Translations under genes and position numbers: made by a program | Assembly: GCA_963833095.1 (NCBI GenBank) | Contig: CAWHWQ010000002.1 | Span: forward strand, 224,001 to 288,000 | Direction of reading: 5' to 3' | Length of the DNA: 64,000 bases | Source of the DNA: Vulcanimicrobiota bacterium | GTDB taxonomy: Bacteria > Vulcanimicrobiota > Vulcanimicrobiia > Vulcanimicrobiales > Vulcanimicrobiaceae | Shown: piece by piece, positions 1 through 9,809 of the stretch | Position numbering within the stretch: position 1 is the first letter of the stretch | Layout: each line of letters begins with the position of its first letter | Notes under the pieces: model-generated | Databases searched by the model: none | The model's input: the letters and a program-made list of their open reading frames with translations, nothing else | Told to the model about the DNA's origin: nothing

Positions 1-1130
1 TACTGCAACGTGTCGTGCATCCAGCCCATGTTCCACTTAAACCCGAAGCCCAAGCCGCCGAGATAGGTCGGCGCCGATACTTTGGGCCATGCGGTCGACT
101 CTTCGGCGACCGTGATGATGCCGGGCACGTCGCGATAGACGGTTTCATTGGTGCGCTTGAGAAACGCGATGGCTTCCAAATTTTCGCGGCCGCCGTATTG
201 ATTGGGCACCCACTCGCCGGGTTCGCGGCTGTAATCGAGGTAGAGCATCGAAGCGACCGCATCGACGCGCAGCCCGTCGACGCCGTATTCTTGCAGCCAA
301 AACAGCGCGTTGTTCACGAGATAGTCGGCGACTTCGGTGCGTCCGAAATTGAAGATGTAGGTATCCCAATCGGGATGCCAGCCTTGGCGTGGGTCGGCAT
401 GCTCGTACAGATGCGTGCCGTCGAAGAGCGCGAGCCCATGTTCATCGCTCGGAAAATGGCCGGCGACCCAATCGACGATCACGCCGATGCCCATCGCATG
501 TGCGCGGTCGACGAAATTGCGAAACTCGCGCGGCGTTCCGAAACGCGACGTCGGCGCGTAGAGGCCTATCGGTTGATAGCCCCATGATCCGTCAAACGGA
601 TGCTCGGAGACCGGCATCAGCTCGAGATGCGTAAAACCCATTTCTTTGACGTAGGGCAAGAGGCGATCGGCAAGCTCGTTGTAGGTGAGAAATCGGTTAT
701 CTTCTTCGGGTACGCGCTGCCATGAGCCCAAGTGCACTTCGTAAATCGCCATCGGCGCGCCACGATGCTGCATTCCGCCACGTGCGAGCGTCCAGGCGTC
801 GCTCGTAGATGACGGGAGACGCGTCACGATCGAGGCCGTACTCGGCCGCAACTCACAGGCGAAGGCGTACGGATCGGCCTTGAGCGGCAACAATGTACCG
901 TCGTCCGCATAAATCGCAAACTTGTAGCGCGCGCCTTCGTGCACGCCCGGAACGAACACGCGCCACACACCCGTGCCGTGCTCGACGTGCATTGCATGCG
1001 CGCCGAGCTGCCAGCCGTTAAAGTCGCCGACGACGTTGGCCGCGCTCGCGCTCGGCGCCCACACGGCGAACTCAACGCCGTCTTGACCGTCGCGGGAGCG
1101 ATGGTGTGCGCCCATCCCTTGATAATGCAT
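1..1130 (-). CDS. glgB: 1,4-alpha-glucan branching enzyme (runs off window start)
   Basis: Own translation of the minus strand from ATG 1130: [36 protein letters not shown]; same frame ends [19 protein letters not shown] at the window edge. Absent from the ORF track because it has no stop in the window. Confidence 0.95.
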   Translation of the reverse strand, partial: MHYQGMGAHHRSRDGQDGVEFAVWAPSASAANVVGDFNGWQLGAHAMHVEHGTGVWRVFVPGVHEGARYKFAIYADDGTLLPLKADPYAFACELRPSTASIVTRLPSSTSDAWTLARGGMQHRGAPMAIYEVHLGSWQRVPEEDNRFLTYNELADRLLPYVKEMGFTHLELMPVSEHPFDGSWGYQPIGLYAPTSRFGTPREFRNFVDRAHAMGIGVIVDWVAGHFPSDEHGLALFDGTHLYEHADPRQGWHPDWDTYIFNFGRTEVADYLVNNALFWLQEYGVDGLRVDAVASMLYLDYSREPGEWVPNQYGGRENLEAIAFLKRTNETVYRDVPGIITVAEESTAWPKVSAPTYLGGLGFGFKWNMGWMHDTLQ

Positions 1131-1137
1131 GAAATGG

Positions 1138-1731
1138 TTAGTGGGTTATTCCGGTGAGAGCATCGTACACGGCGCGCGTTCGGTCACGCAAGTGTTCCAC
1201 GTCGCCGTCGTTATCGATGACGTAATCGGCGCGCGCACGTGCCTCTTCCGGATCGATTTGCGTCTTCATGCGCGCGAGGACGTGCTCTGCGTCGGTATGA
1301 TCGCGCTCGACCACGCGTGCGATGCGTTGCTCGGCGGGCGCAATGACGACGATCGATTTCTGCACCATATCGATGTAACCGCTCTCGAAGAGCAGCGGCA
1401 CGACGTGGACCACGAGTTGATCGGGCTTGGCATGCGCGGCATGTTCGGCCGCCAAGCGGCGCACGAACGGATGCACGATCTCATTAAGCCGATTGAGCGC
1501 TTGCGGATCGGAGAAGACCACCTCGGCCAGCGCCGCGCGATCGAGTCCGCCACCGCGCACGAACTGCGGCCAGACGTGCGCAATCGCAAGCAGGCCGTCG
1601 GAGTTGGGGGCAACCGCCTCGCGTGCGAGTTGATCGGTATCGATGATGTACGCGCCGAGCTCTGCGAAGATGCGAGCAACCTCGCTCTTCCCCGCTCCGA
1701 TTCCACCGGTCAGCCCAACCTGCAATCCCAT
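1138..1731 (-). CDS. coaE: dephospho-CoA kinase
   Basis: [13 protein letters not shown]-loop, [31 protein letters not shown]. Confidence 0.95.
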   Translation of the reverse strand: MGLQVGLTGGIGAGKSEVARIFAELGAYIIDTDQLAREAVAPNSDGLLAIAHVWPQFVRGGGLDRAALAEVVFSDPQALNRLNEIVHPFVRRLAAEHAAHAKPDQLVVHVVPLLFESGYIDMVQKSIVVIAPAEQRIARVVERDHTDAEHVLARMKTQIDPEEARARADYVIDNDGDVEHLRDRTRAVYDALTGITH

Positions 1732-1767
1732 GGGAGGCGGACTCTTCGCCGCAACGGCGCTGGACCC

Positions 1768-2241
1768 TCACATAGGCACGCACAACGACCGAAGCGACGT
1801 TTCGAGCACGGAATCGAGGCGCTCCAAGTGACGTGCAGACAGCAGGGCGGCAAACAAGACGTCGCCGCGCACCGCGAATGTTGTGGCCTGGAGAACGCCC
1901 GCCCCCGCTCCCTGCTTGCTAACGCCGACTGTTTCCCAACCGCTCTGCTTACCGCCGCAGATTCGCACAGCGCGATCGTACACAATGACACCCCCGCTGA
2001 GCTCTTCAGCTTTCAAAAGAGCACGGTGCGCTTCTACTAACGTTCCCTTCCCCGGCCGTTCGGCGAGCGCAATGTTGGCGTCCCCGCTTGGACTTATCCA
2101 CACGCCGATAACCGTTCCGTCCTGAATGTTCGGCCTCACCGTATGCGCACTCCATCCAAACGGCGGCAATAAGCTCGCTTGAGGAGCCGGCGATGCCGCC
2201 ACCATCACCACAGAAAGCAAAAGAAGAAGGCGCAGAGTCAT
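1768..2241 (-). CDS. secreted hypothetical protein
   Basis: Probable start ATG 2241 (MTLRLLLLLSVVMVAASPA signal-like); no family recognised. Confidence 0.6.
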   Translation of the reverse strand: MTLRLLLLLSVVMVAASPAPQASLLPPFGWSAHTVRPNIQDGTVIGVWISPSGDANIALAERPGKGTLVEAHRALLKAEELSGGVIVYDRAVRICGGKQSGWETVGVSKQGAGAGVLQATTFAVRGDVLFAALLSARHLERLDSVLETSLRSLCVPM

Positions 2242-2700
2242 GCCCGCACGGGTTCCTCCTAACTCGTTCCCACCCTTCGACAAACTCTCGGTCATAGAAA
2301 CAAAACGGCAATAGGTCGAACACATTTTGGAAACACGCGGCTCTGACGGTTACGCCATCAATTCCCGAACCGAAAATATTGCAAGCCGATTGGTTCCAAT
2401 GTACCAAGGGGCGAACTAACCCGTCCAAAAAGTGTCAGCGCAGCTCAGCGAACAATCCGCGCCCGGTGAGTGCATCCGACATAACGAACATTGAATCGAA
2501 TAATGGCGAGGGGGGCTTCCACGTACACAACTGTTTCACTGGGCCGCTTCCGGCCTCCGATCTGGGGTAGTGATGCTCATCGCCTTAGCGCTTGCCGCTA
2601 GCGTCGCGCTCGAAACGCCGACGCCTCTTCCGCCGCTCGTGGGGCACGGCTGTTACGGTTCGCATCGCATACGCTTTCCCTCGAATTCGGAGTGTGTATC

Positions 2701-3390
2701 TTGAAGAAGCTATTTACGAGCCTCCTATCTGTTGCGGTCATCTCGACCGCTGCATGCTCCGGTGGTCAGAACGGATTGCCGGGCACAGCTACGACGAACA
2801 GTGCACAAAATATAAGCGCCGGCCCCTCACAAAAAACGCCGGCTTACTCGAACGCACCCGGAGGTGGGGGAGATGGCAGCGGCAATCCGACGGGCGTGGG
2901 CGGTGGCGGCGGCGGGGGCACGCCCGTCTGCTATTCCGTAACGCGCGGCAAAGTTCACGTCGACTGCGGCGGCGACGGCGGCACGCCCGTCGCCGTTCAT
3001 CCGGGTCCAATGGATGGTCAGACGTGCAACGGCTCGACGTTAGCGATCGGTGATAACGTCGGAGCGGTCAACGGCCATCCCGAAACGATTACGGATATCA
3101 ACGTGATTGCTTCGGCCGCGGGCCTCCCGTTTTCCACTGCAAATGGCCAGCTGGGCGTCGATACCTACACGGCCGGCTGGATTTACCTAGACGCAAATGG
3201 TAACTATTGGGTCCAATCGAACCCCGCTGCAAATTGGAGCGTATCCGTCGGCCTTTCGGCGTGGTTCGTTTCCTTCGGCATCAGCGCCCCCTCGGTCACG
3301 ACGCCGATGTACGCGGGGACGACGGCGCCAACAATGCCTTCGGGTACGACGACTCAGCGTTGCTTTACGGGGGGCGCAAACTTTGGCTAA
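2701..3390 (+). CDS. lipoprotein with Gly-rich linker and Cys-bracketed C-terminal domain (paralog A)
   Basis: TTG start gives MKKLFTSLLSVAVISTAA-C lipobox; C-terminal domain CNGSTLAIGDNVG..GWIYLDANG..RCF. Confidence 0.75.
   Translation: MKKLFTSLLSVAVISTAACSGGQNGLPGTATTNSAQNISAGPSQKTPAYSNAPGGGGDGSGNPTGVGGGGGGGTPVCYSVTRGKVHVDCGGDGGTPVAVHPGPMDGQTCNGSTLAIGDNVGAVNGHPETITDINVIASAAGLPFSTANGQLGVDTYTAGWIYLDANGNYWVQSNPAANWSVSVGLSAWFVSFGISAPSVTTPMYAGTTAPTMPSGTTTQRCFTGGANFG
2731..2789 (+). repeat. 59-bp direct repeat, copy 1 (lipoprotein signal-coding)
   Basis: 57/59 identical to 3787-3845. Confidence 0.95.
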
Positions 3391-3772
3391 GGCTGTAGCG
3401 CTCGCATTGATTCTTTGCTCGGCCTCGATTGGAAGAGTCGAAGCGCTCCCGTGCGCCAGCCCCCTTGGCATCTATGATAACGTTGGCTCTAGCATCGCAA
3501 GGAACCCAGCCGGGGAACCGCTTGCGTACTACTCCATTGTCGCCATTGCCTTACTCGTGGACGTTGGTTCAACGCATCAGGAGGGATGGTACTACCTGGA
3601 CGATCACGGAATGCTAAGCGCCCAGCTAGGAAAGGATGCTTCGAAGCGCACTATCGATTGGTTCGCTCAACGAGGTTCCTCGAGCGGAGTGGGTGTCGCG
3701 CAGCTCTATCACGTAGCGAAGGGGCTACCTGACTGGCTAAAGCTAGCCCCCTGTCAGGCGCGGATCAAATAA
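3383..3772 (+). CDS. secreted hypothetical protein (paralog B)
   Basis: TTG start overlapping the upstream stop; MAKAVALALILCSASIGRVEA signal; CASPLGIYDNVG..GWYYLDDHG..PCQ resembles paralog A. Confidence 0.7.
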   Translation: MAKAVALALILCSASIGRVEALPCASPLGIYDNVGSSIARNPAGEPLAYYSIVAIALLVDVGSTHQEGWYYLDDHGMLSAQLGKDASKRTIDWFAQRGSSSGVGVAQLYHVAKGLPDWLKLAPCQARIK

Positions 3773-4191
3773 GAGGCCTACTGTCGGTTGCGGTTATCTC
3801 GACCGCTGCATGCTCCGGTGGTCAGAACGGATTGCCGGACACAGCAGCCTTGCTACTACCAACGCCAGCTGGCGATACCGAGCGATCGTTTTGCGGCAGC
3901 GCTTTGCAGATGCGGCAGCTGAATCTTCCGGCGAACGATACAAGCCAGGCTACGCAAGTCGCTCACGGTAGTGTTATCTACATCGGTGACCGGTTTGTCG
4001 GCTTTCTCTACGCCACGCAATCAGAGGGGATCTACGTTCATTTTGGCCCCGTTGAAAGACCGAACAATGTAGCCGCCGCCGATGAGCGCCTCGCTGCCCA
4101 CATCCTAGGAGCGCAGGCAATTTCTGGATTCCAGCGGCTAACACTGGAGAATGCCTCGTTGGCCGGAATCAACGTTATGGCGTGTTATTGA
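3769..4191 (+). CDS. putative lipoprotein (paralog C), non-canonical or lost start
   Basis: ORF-track 3832-4191 extends upstream in frame through IRGLLSVAVISTAACSGGQNGLP; no ATG/GTG/TTG ahead of the signal (ATA at 3769); body CGSAL..VGFLYATQSEG..ACY. Confidence 0.55.
   Translation: MRGLLSVAVISTAACSGGQNGLPDTAALLLPTPAGDTERSFCGSALQMRQLNLPANDTSQATQVAHGSVIYIGDRFVGFLYATQSEGIYVHFGPVERPNNVAAADERLAAHILGAQAISGFQRLTLENASLAGINVMACY
3787..3845 (+). repeat. 59-bp direct repeat, copy 2
   Basis: 57/59 identical to 2731-2789. Confidence 0.95.
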
Positions 4192-4208
4192 TCAACAACC
4201 TGCGAAAT

Positions 4209-4242
4209 AAAAATGGAGTGCGATTACTCGCACTCCATTTTT
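4209..4242. terminator. bidirectional intrinsic terminator
   Basis: AAAAATGGAGTGCGA-TTAC-TCGCACTCCATTTTT perfect hairpin with A/T tails between convergent genes (downstream of rpsA). Confidence 0.9.
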
Positions 4243-4250
4243 CGTTTCGT

Positions 4251-4295
4251 CGGTCCCTCGACTACGGCGCTTCGCGCCTACGCTCGGGATGACAA
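4251..4295. repeat. REP-like palindromic element, copy 1
   Basis: CGGTCCCTCGACTAC-GGCGC-TTC-GCGCC-TACGCTCGGGATGACAA; same ends at 42722, 59118 and 59259. Confidence 0.85.
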
Positions 4296-4319
4296 GCGAT
4301 CGTCGCTCGCAATGAGACG

Positions 4320-5489
4320 TTACGCTTGGACGACTGAGTCGCCGATCGTACCAAGGCCCACTTCTTCATCGAGTGCCAGCGCTTCGATCTCTTCGGGCGG
4401 AACATCCGCAACGTGTTGGATCGAGGCGGTGATACGGCGCGTCGCGCTGTTGATCGAGACGAGCGTGACTTCGACGTCTTGGCCCGCGTTGAACTGCGCA
4501 GCCGGATCGAATTCGCCCTTGGGAACCATCGCGAGGATGCCCGGGAAGATTTCGACCAGCAAGTAGTTCGGCGTGACCTTGACGATCTGTGCCCCAAGCT
4601 TGTTCTCTTCGACCAGCTTGTCGGCGTGTTCGTCCCACGGATCGGGAAGCGCGTGCTTGAGCGAGAGACTGACTTTCTTCGCTTCCGCGTCGAACTTCAT
4701 GATCTCGACGTTGACGATGTCGCCGATCTTCACCACTTCCGAGGGATGCTTGATGCGCGCATAGCTCAGTTCACTGTTGTGAATGAGGCCGTCGATGCCG
4801 CCGAGATCGACGAACGCACCGAAGTCCGCAAGACGGACGACGACGCCTTCCCGAATTTGGCCGACTTCGAGCGTGTCGAGCAGCTCTTGCTTCTTGGCCT
4901 GCAGCTCTTCTTCGAGCACGAGGCGCTGCGAGAGCACGACGCGATGACGCTTGTGATCGAGATCGATCACCTTGAGGCGCAGCTTCTGACCGATGAGTTC
5001 ATCGAGGTTGCCGACAGGCTGGCGGCGGATCTGCGAAGCGGGCACGAAGCCGCGCATACCAAGGTCCACGAGCACGCCGCCCTTGACGACTTGCGTCACG
5101 GTGGCTTCGATGACTTCGTCGTTCTGATGCGCTTCAATGACCTTCTCCCAGGTCTTGAGCGCACGTGCGCGGCGCTCGGACAGGAACAGCGTTCCGTCCA
5201 TATCGTCGATGCGATGAATCATTACTTCTAACGAATCACCGACCTTGAGCGCCTTGGGATCGACCGCGAGCGAAAGTTCGCGGAATGGGAGCACGCCTTC
5301 GGATTTGCCGCCGACGTCGACGAGTAATTCGTCTTTGTCCTTCTGAACGATAAGACCGTTGAGGACTTGTCCTTCGTCGAGGACTTTCAGCGACTCTTCG
5401 TAGAGGCGCTGTTCGAGCGCGAGTTGATCTTCCTCGTAAGTAGCGGGAGCAATTTCAATCGTAGAGATGTTGTGGTTCCTACCTAACAA
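4320..5489 (-). CDS. rpsA: 30S ribosomal protein S1 (4-domain type)
   Basis: Repeated S1 domains (LVDVGGKSEG, RGFVPASQI, DFGAFVDLGGIDGLIHNSELS). Confidence 0.95.
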   Translation of the reverse strand: MLGRNHNISTIEIAPATYEEDQLALEQRLYEESLKVLDEGQVLNGLIVQKDKDELLVDVGGKSEGVLPFRELSLAVDPKALKVGDSLEVMIHRIDDMDGTLFLSERRARALKTWEKVIEAHQNDEVIEATVTQVVKGGVLVDLGMRGFVPASQIRRQPVGNLDELIGQKLRLKVIDLDHKRHRVVLSQRLVLEEELQAKKQELLDTLEVGQIREGVVVRLADFGAFVDLGGIDGLIHNSELSYARIKHPSEVVKIGDIVNVEIMKFDAEAKKVSLSLKHALPDPWDEHADKLVEENKLGAQIVKVTPNYLLVEIFPGILAMVPKGEFDPAAQFNAGQDVEVTLVSINSATRRITASIQHVADVPPEEIEALALDEEVGLGTIGDSVVQA

Positions 5490-5505
5490 TTTGTATTTTT
5501 GCGAA

Positions 5506-6318
5506 TCAACGCTGACAGTTTCGACACCACCAGGTTCCGCGTTGCGCGATCACCGTTCGAACGATCGGTTTTCCGCACCGCAGACAAGGCTCTCCGAGCT
5601 TGCCGTACACCGAGAGGACGTTTTGAAATCCCCCTCGGAGGCCTTCGGCATCCACGTAATCATCGACGCTCGAGCCGCGCATTTCGGTTGCACGGGCCAA
5701 GACATCGCGGATCGCGTGGTAGAGCCGGAGAGTCGCCGGCTTCGTCAACGCCTTAGCGGGTCGACCGGGTCTGATCCCGGCTACCCATAACGCCTCGCAC
5801 GCATAGATGTTCCCGATGCCTGCGATGCGCCGTTGATCGAGGAGCAATGATTTAATCGGCGTCGTCCGCCCAGAGAGCATACCGATAAAGCCCTGCTGTG
5901 TAAAGCCTGGTGAAAGCGGCTCAACGCCCAAATCGGCGTCCCATGGGTCACCCGGCTCAACCAAGCGCATGCGCCCGAAGGTCCGCACGTCGGCAAAGCT
6001 CAGGCGCGTTCCATCCGTATAATGAAGCACCACGTGGGCGCCTGGATAGTCCGTCTCGCCTGGGCGCTGGAGCACGAGCCGGCCCGTCATCCGCAGGCTG
6101 GTGACCAATTTTCGACCTGAGCGCAGCTCCATCACCACGTACTTGGCGCGACGACCCACGCCCTCGATTCGCTCCCCCGGCAGGGCAGCGGCAAACTTGA
6201 CGCCGGGCGGCGCCTGGGCCATTTTGGGGAGATGAATCTTTACGGATTCGATCGTTTTGCCCGCGACCGTGTTGGCTAGGCCGCGGGCGATCGTCTCGAC
6301 CTCAGGTAACTCGGGCAC
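5506..6318 (-). CDS. mutM: formamidopyrimidine-DNA glycosylase
   Basis: MPELPEVET N-terminus, LLDQRRIAGIGNIYACE H2TH motif, C-terminal CxxC..CxxCQ zinc finger. Confidence 0.97.
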   Translation of the reverse strand: MPELPEVETIARGLANTVAGKTIESVKIHLPKMAQAPPGVKFAAALPGERIEGVGRRAKYVVMELRSGRKLVTSLRMTGRLVLQRPGETDYPGAHVVLHYTDGTRLSFADVRTFGRMRLVEPGDPWDADLGVEPLSPGFTQQGFIGMLSGRTTPIKSLLLDQRRIAGIGNIYACEALWVAGIRPGRPAKALTKPATLRLYHAIRDVLARATEMRGSSVDDYVDAEGLRGGFQNVLSVYGKLGEPCLRCGKPIVRTVIAQRGTWWCRNCQR

Positions 6319-6327
6319 TCGCCCAGA

Positions 6328-6705
6328 TTACCAGCCGTTGCCGCGCGTAACCTCGACAAAGCGGGTTTGGCCGACAACCGGCGTGATCAACGCGTTGTAT
6401 TGGCCCGGCGAATCGTCGCCGAAGGCACTGATCGTGTGGAGATCGGGCGTGAGACGGGCAAAGCAGAAGTTCCCGCTGGGCTGCACGGAAGTGCTTACGA
6501 CTTCGGTCGCAGAACGCGCGACGATGATGTTCGAGGGAATGCTTTCGTGTTGCAGTGCGACGACGAGCAACGGATCGACATCGAGGTGCCCACAGACCTG
6601 ACCCGTGCCAAACGGGATCGGGGCGTTGGTCTCAGCAGATGCACAGAGTGGTGTCGCGATGAGCGCTGCTCCGAGCGCCATAGCAGACAGAAGTGAACGT
6701 TTCAT
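6328..6705 (-). CDS. secreted hypothetical protein (carboxypeptidase-regulatory-like beta-sandwich?)
   Basis: MKRSLLSAMALGAALIATPLCASA signal; beta-rich body. Confidence 0.65.
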   Translation of the reverse strand: MKRSLLSAMALGAALIATPLCASAETNAPIPFGTGQVCGHLDVDPLLVVALQHESIPSNIIVARSATEVVSTSVQPSGNFCFARLTPDLHTISAFGDDSPGQYNALITPVVGQTRFVEVTRGNGW

Positions 6706-6742
6706 GCCCTCTATAACGCGCACTCCGTCGAATTAGTGACAG

Positions 6743-7186
6743 CTACGTGTGTTGCGCCACTAATTCTGAGAGATGCACGCCGGGCGCGATACCATCTTTG
6801 GCCGCCTCGCCCGCGGGTAATTCAATGACGTATTTTGCCGTACCGCCGCGGCGCGGAATCGCGTCGTCGGGCGCGTCTTCGGGCACAACGGGTACGTTGG
6901 CTGCAACGCCGCGCACCGTTCCGTCGGCGGCGACGAACACCATATCCAGCGGCACGAGCGTATCTTTCATCCAAAATTCGACCGGCTGATCCATCTCGAA
7001 CACGAACACCATGCCGGTATGCACGGGCAAGTCGGTGACGCTCATCAAGCCGGTTTCGCGTTGGTCTTCGGTCTTGGCGACTTGCAGCGTTAGCGTCACG
7101 CGCGGCGCATGCACCCTGATCGTCGGCAAGTGTTGCGGCGCCGGCGTCGCCGCAGCGACAAGCACGGCAAACAGCAGCGCGATCAT
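6743..7186 (-). CDS. DUF192 family protein
   Basis: VA.T..QR..GLM, GMVFVF, FWMKDTLVPLDMVF, YVIELPAG. Confidence 0.92.
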   Translation of the reverse strand: MIALLFAVLVAAATPAPQHLPTIRVHAPRVTLTLQVAKTEDQRETGLMSVTDLPVHTGMVFVFEMDQPVEFWMKDTLVPLDMVFVAADGTVRGVAANVPVVPEDAPDDAIPRRGGTAKYVIELPAGEAAKDGIAPGVHLSELVAQHT

Positions 7187-9809
7187 TCCTCGTCCACCAT
7201 CATCTCGACGTCATACCAATTTGCTCCGGACTTTACGGTAACTTCCAGCGGCACCGAGAGCGTGAGCGCTTCCTCCATCTCGCGACGCACGAGGTTGGCA
7301 AGCGCCTGCAAGTCGCTGCGGTGCACTTCGAAAATCAACTCGTCGTGAATTTGCAGTAGCATCGTTGCATCCAATCCGGCAGTCCGCACCGCGCGGTCCG
7401 TTTTGACCATCGCGAGCTTCATCAAGTCTGCCGCACTGCCTTGTAACGGTGCATTGGTCGCTTCCCGTTCCGCCGAGGAGCGCAACATATAGTTGCTCGA
7501 GGTGAGCGCCGGCATGTAGCGGCGCCGTCCTAGAATCGTCGTCACGTACCCAAGTTCACGCGCCTCTTCGAGCGTGCGGTCGATGTAGGCACGCACCGAT
7601 GGGAAGCGCGCGAAGTACGCCTCGGTGATGGCGCGCGCTTCCGCGCGTGGAATCTCGAGCCGCTGCGCAAGACCGAAGTCCGACATTCCGTAGAGCAGGC
7701 CGAAGTTCACGCTCTTGGCCATGCGCCGTTGATTGCCGTCGGCGCTGACGTCGCTGCCTAAGTTAAAGATCTGGCGTGCAGTGAAGTCGTGGATGTCTTG
7801 GCCGTCCTCGAACGCGGTGCGCATCGCTTCGTCGCCGGAAAGGTGCGCCATCAAGCGCAGTTCGATCTGACTGTAATCGGCGGCAAGCAGCACGTAGTCG
7901 GGGCTCTTAGCCACGAACGCTTTGCGAATGCGCCGTCCCAGATCGCCGCGCACGGGAATGTTTTGGAGATTCGGATTGGTCGAGGAGAGGCGCCCAGTCG
8001 CCGTTGCCGTCTGATTGAAGACCGTGTGCAGGCGCGACTGTCCATCGAGTAACTGCGGAATGACGTCGATATAGGTGTTCTTGAGTTTGGTCACTTCGCG
8101 CCATTCGAGCACGAGTGCGCAGATCGGATAGTCTTTGGCCAGACCTTGCAAGATCTCGACGCCGGTCGCCCATCCGGTCTTGGTTTTCTTGCCGCCGGGA
8201 ATCTGCAGGCGCCCGAAGAGAATGTTGCCGAGCTGTAGCGGTGACCCGATGTTGAATTCTTCGCCCGCGAAGTCATAGATGTGCTGCTGTAGGCGCGCAG
8301 CCGCCGTATCGACTTCGTTCGCAAGGACGGTAAGCTCGGACGGATCGACCGCAATGCCCGCTGCTTCCATGCGCGCGAGCAGCGGTGCAAGCGGCACTTC
8401 TACCTCTTCGTAGACACGCATTTGCGCGCGCTGCTCGAGCAGCGGGCGCATCACGTCGAGCAGTTGCAGCGTGGCGTCGGCATGCGCCGCGGCGTTATCG
8501 GCCGGCGCCGCCTCCAGATGCTCGGCAGCCGCATCGATAACCGCGGAGAACGTGCGCGCGGGATTGAGCAGATGTGCTGCCAGCATCGCATCGTCTGTCA
8601 CCTGCGTAAGCGTCACGCCCTGGGATGCAAGCACGCGCGCGACGCGCTTGGCATCGTAGGCCACGATGCGCGGCGCGTTCTCGAGCACGTGTGCGAGTGC
8701 CGATCGAACCGGCTCGTAGGCAAGCGCGCCGGCGGCGAACGCCGTGCCGCTGCCATGCGCACCGCTGATGCCGATGGCATCCTCACGCACGGCCAGCGCC
8801 ACGCACGGCGAATCGGCGAGCCCGCGCAGCTCTTCGCCCAAACGTTCAAACTCGGGCGGGTCGACCGAGGCCACATAGGTACGGTAGGTGCCCTCGAGCT
8901 TTGCGTCACTCGCGAAGAGCGGGAGGCCATCGACCGGGGCCTTGAGCTGCGCCAGCAACGTCTTGAACTCGAGCTCGCGCGTAGAGCGGATAGAGCGCGG
9001 CATCGCCGGGTGCTTCGTAACGGCGTTCCCAATCGATGGTCAGCGGCAGATCGCGACGCACGAGCGACACGTCGCGACACACGCGCGCCTGTTCGCCGTA
9101 CACGTTCGATGAGGTTCTCGAGCTTGGGCGTGCCGGCCAGCGACGGATCGGCGATAAGCGCATCGAGCGATCCGGCTACTTTGATCAACTTGATCGCGGT
9201 CTTCTCACCGACACCGGGAATGCCGGGAAGATTGTCGGACGGATCGCCTTTGAGTCCCCGGTAATCCGCGAGCTGATCGGGCTGCAATTCGAAACGCTCG
9301 AATACCGCCGCCGGATCGTACCGCCCGAAATCGGTGATGCCGCGCCGCGTCGTCAACACGGTCGTGTGCTCGTCGACGATTTGCAGCAGGTCGAGATCGC
9401 CGGTCACAACCAGCGTCTCTTCGCCGGCTTCTTCGGCTTCGCGCGCGAGCGTCGCGATGATGTCGTCAGCCTCTTGCCCTTCGATTTCGACGATCGGAAT
9501 GTGATGCACCGCGAGCACGTCGCGCACCAGCGCGAACTGACTGCGCAGATCGTCGGGCATCGCCGTTCGCTGGGCCTTGTATTCCTTATAGAGCGCCACA
9601 CGGTCGACCGGCAGGCCCTTGTCGAACGCGGCGATCACGTGCGTCGGCTTCTCATCATGGATGATCTTGTTGAGCATCATCGTGAAGCCGTAAACCGCGT
9701 TGATCGGCACGCCGCGCATCGTCGTCAGCGGCGGCAACGCGAAGAACGCACGGTACACTAGACCGTACGTGTCAAGGAGCATCAGGCGGCTCGGGCGTTT
9801 ACGCGGCAC
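7183..9809 (-). CDS. polA: DNA polymerase I (frameshifts near 8980-9110, probably sequencing errors)
   Basis: 5'-3' exonuclease N-terminus (LVYRAFFALP, EADDIIATL, GDPSDNLPG) in ORF 8613-9809, bridging frame 8906-9163, polymerase domain (TGRLSSTNPNLQNIP, ADYSQIELR, QIHDEL) in ORF 7183-9003. Confidence 0.95.

Noticed and set aside
15..587. 190-aa plus-strand ORF and the many other long antisense ORFs (e.g. 1129-2040, 4413-5231, 19221-20336, 40305-41393)
   Set aside because: They are shadows of clearly identified genes on the opposite strand, as expected in high-GC DNA.
2317..2330. Second possible LexA box CGAAC-ACAT-TTTGG
   Set aside because: The right half-site has two mismatches and there is no clear promoter context; too weak to call.
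4213..4597. ORFs 4213-4566 and 4262-4597 (ending CHPERRREAP)
   Set aside because: They overlap rpsA and simply translate the terminator and REP-like element.
8970..9110. Programmed frameshift or natural split of polA into exonuclease and polymerase genes
   Set aside because: At least two frame changes within about 150 bp, no slippery heptamer, and similar indels in many other genes point to sequencing error.
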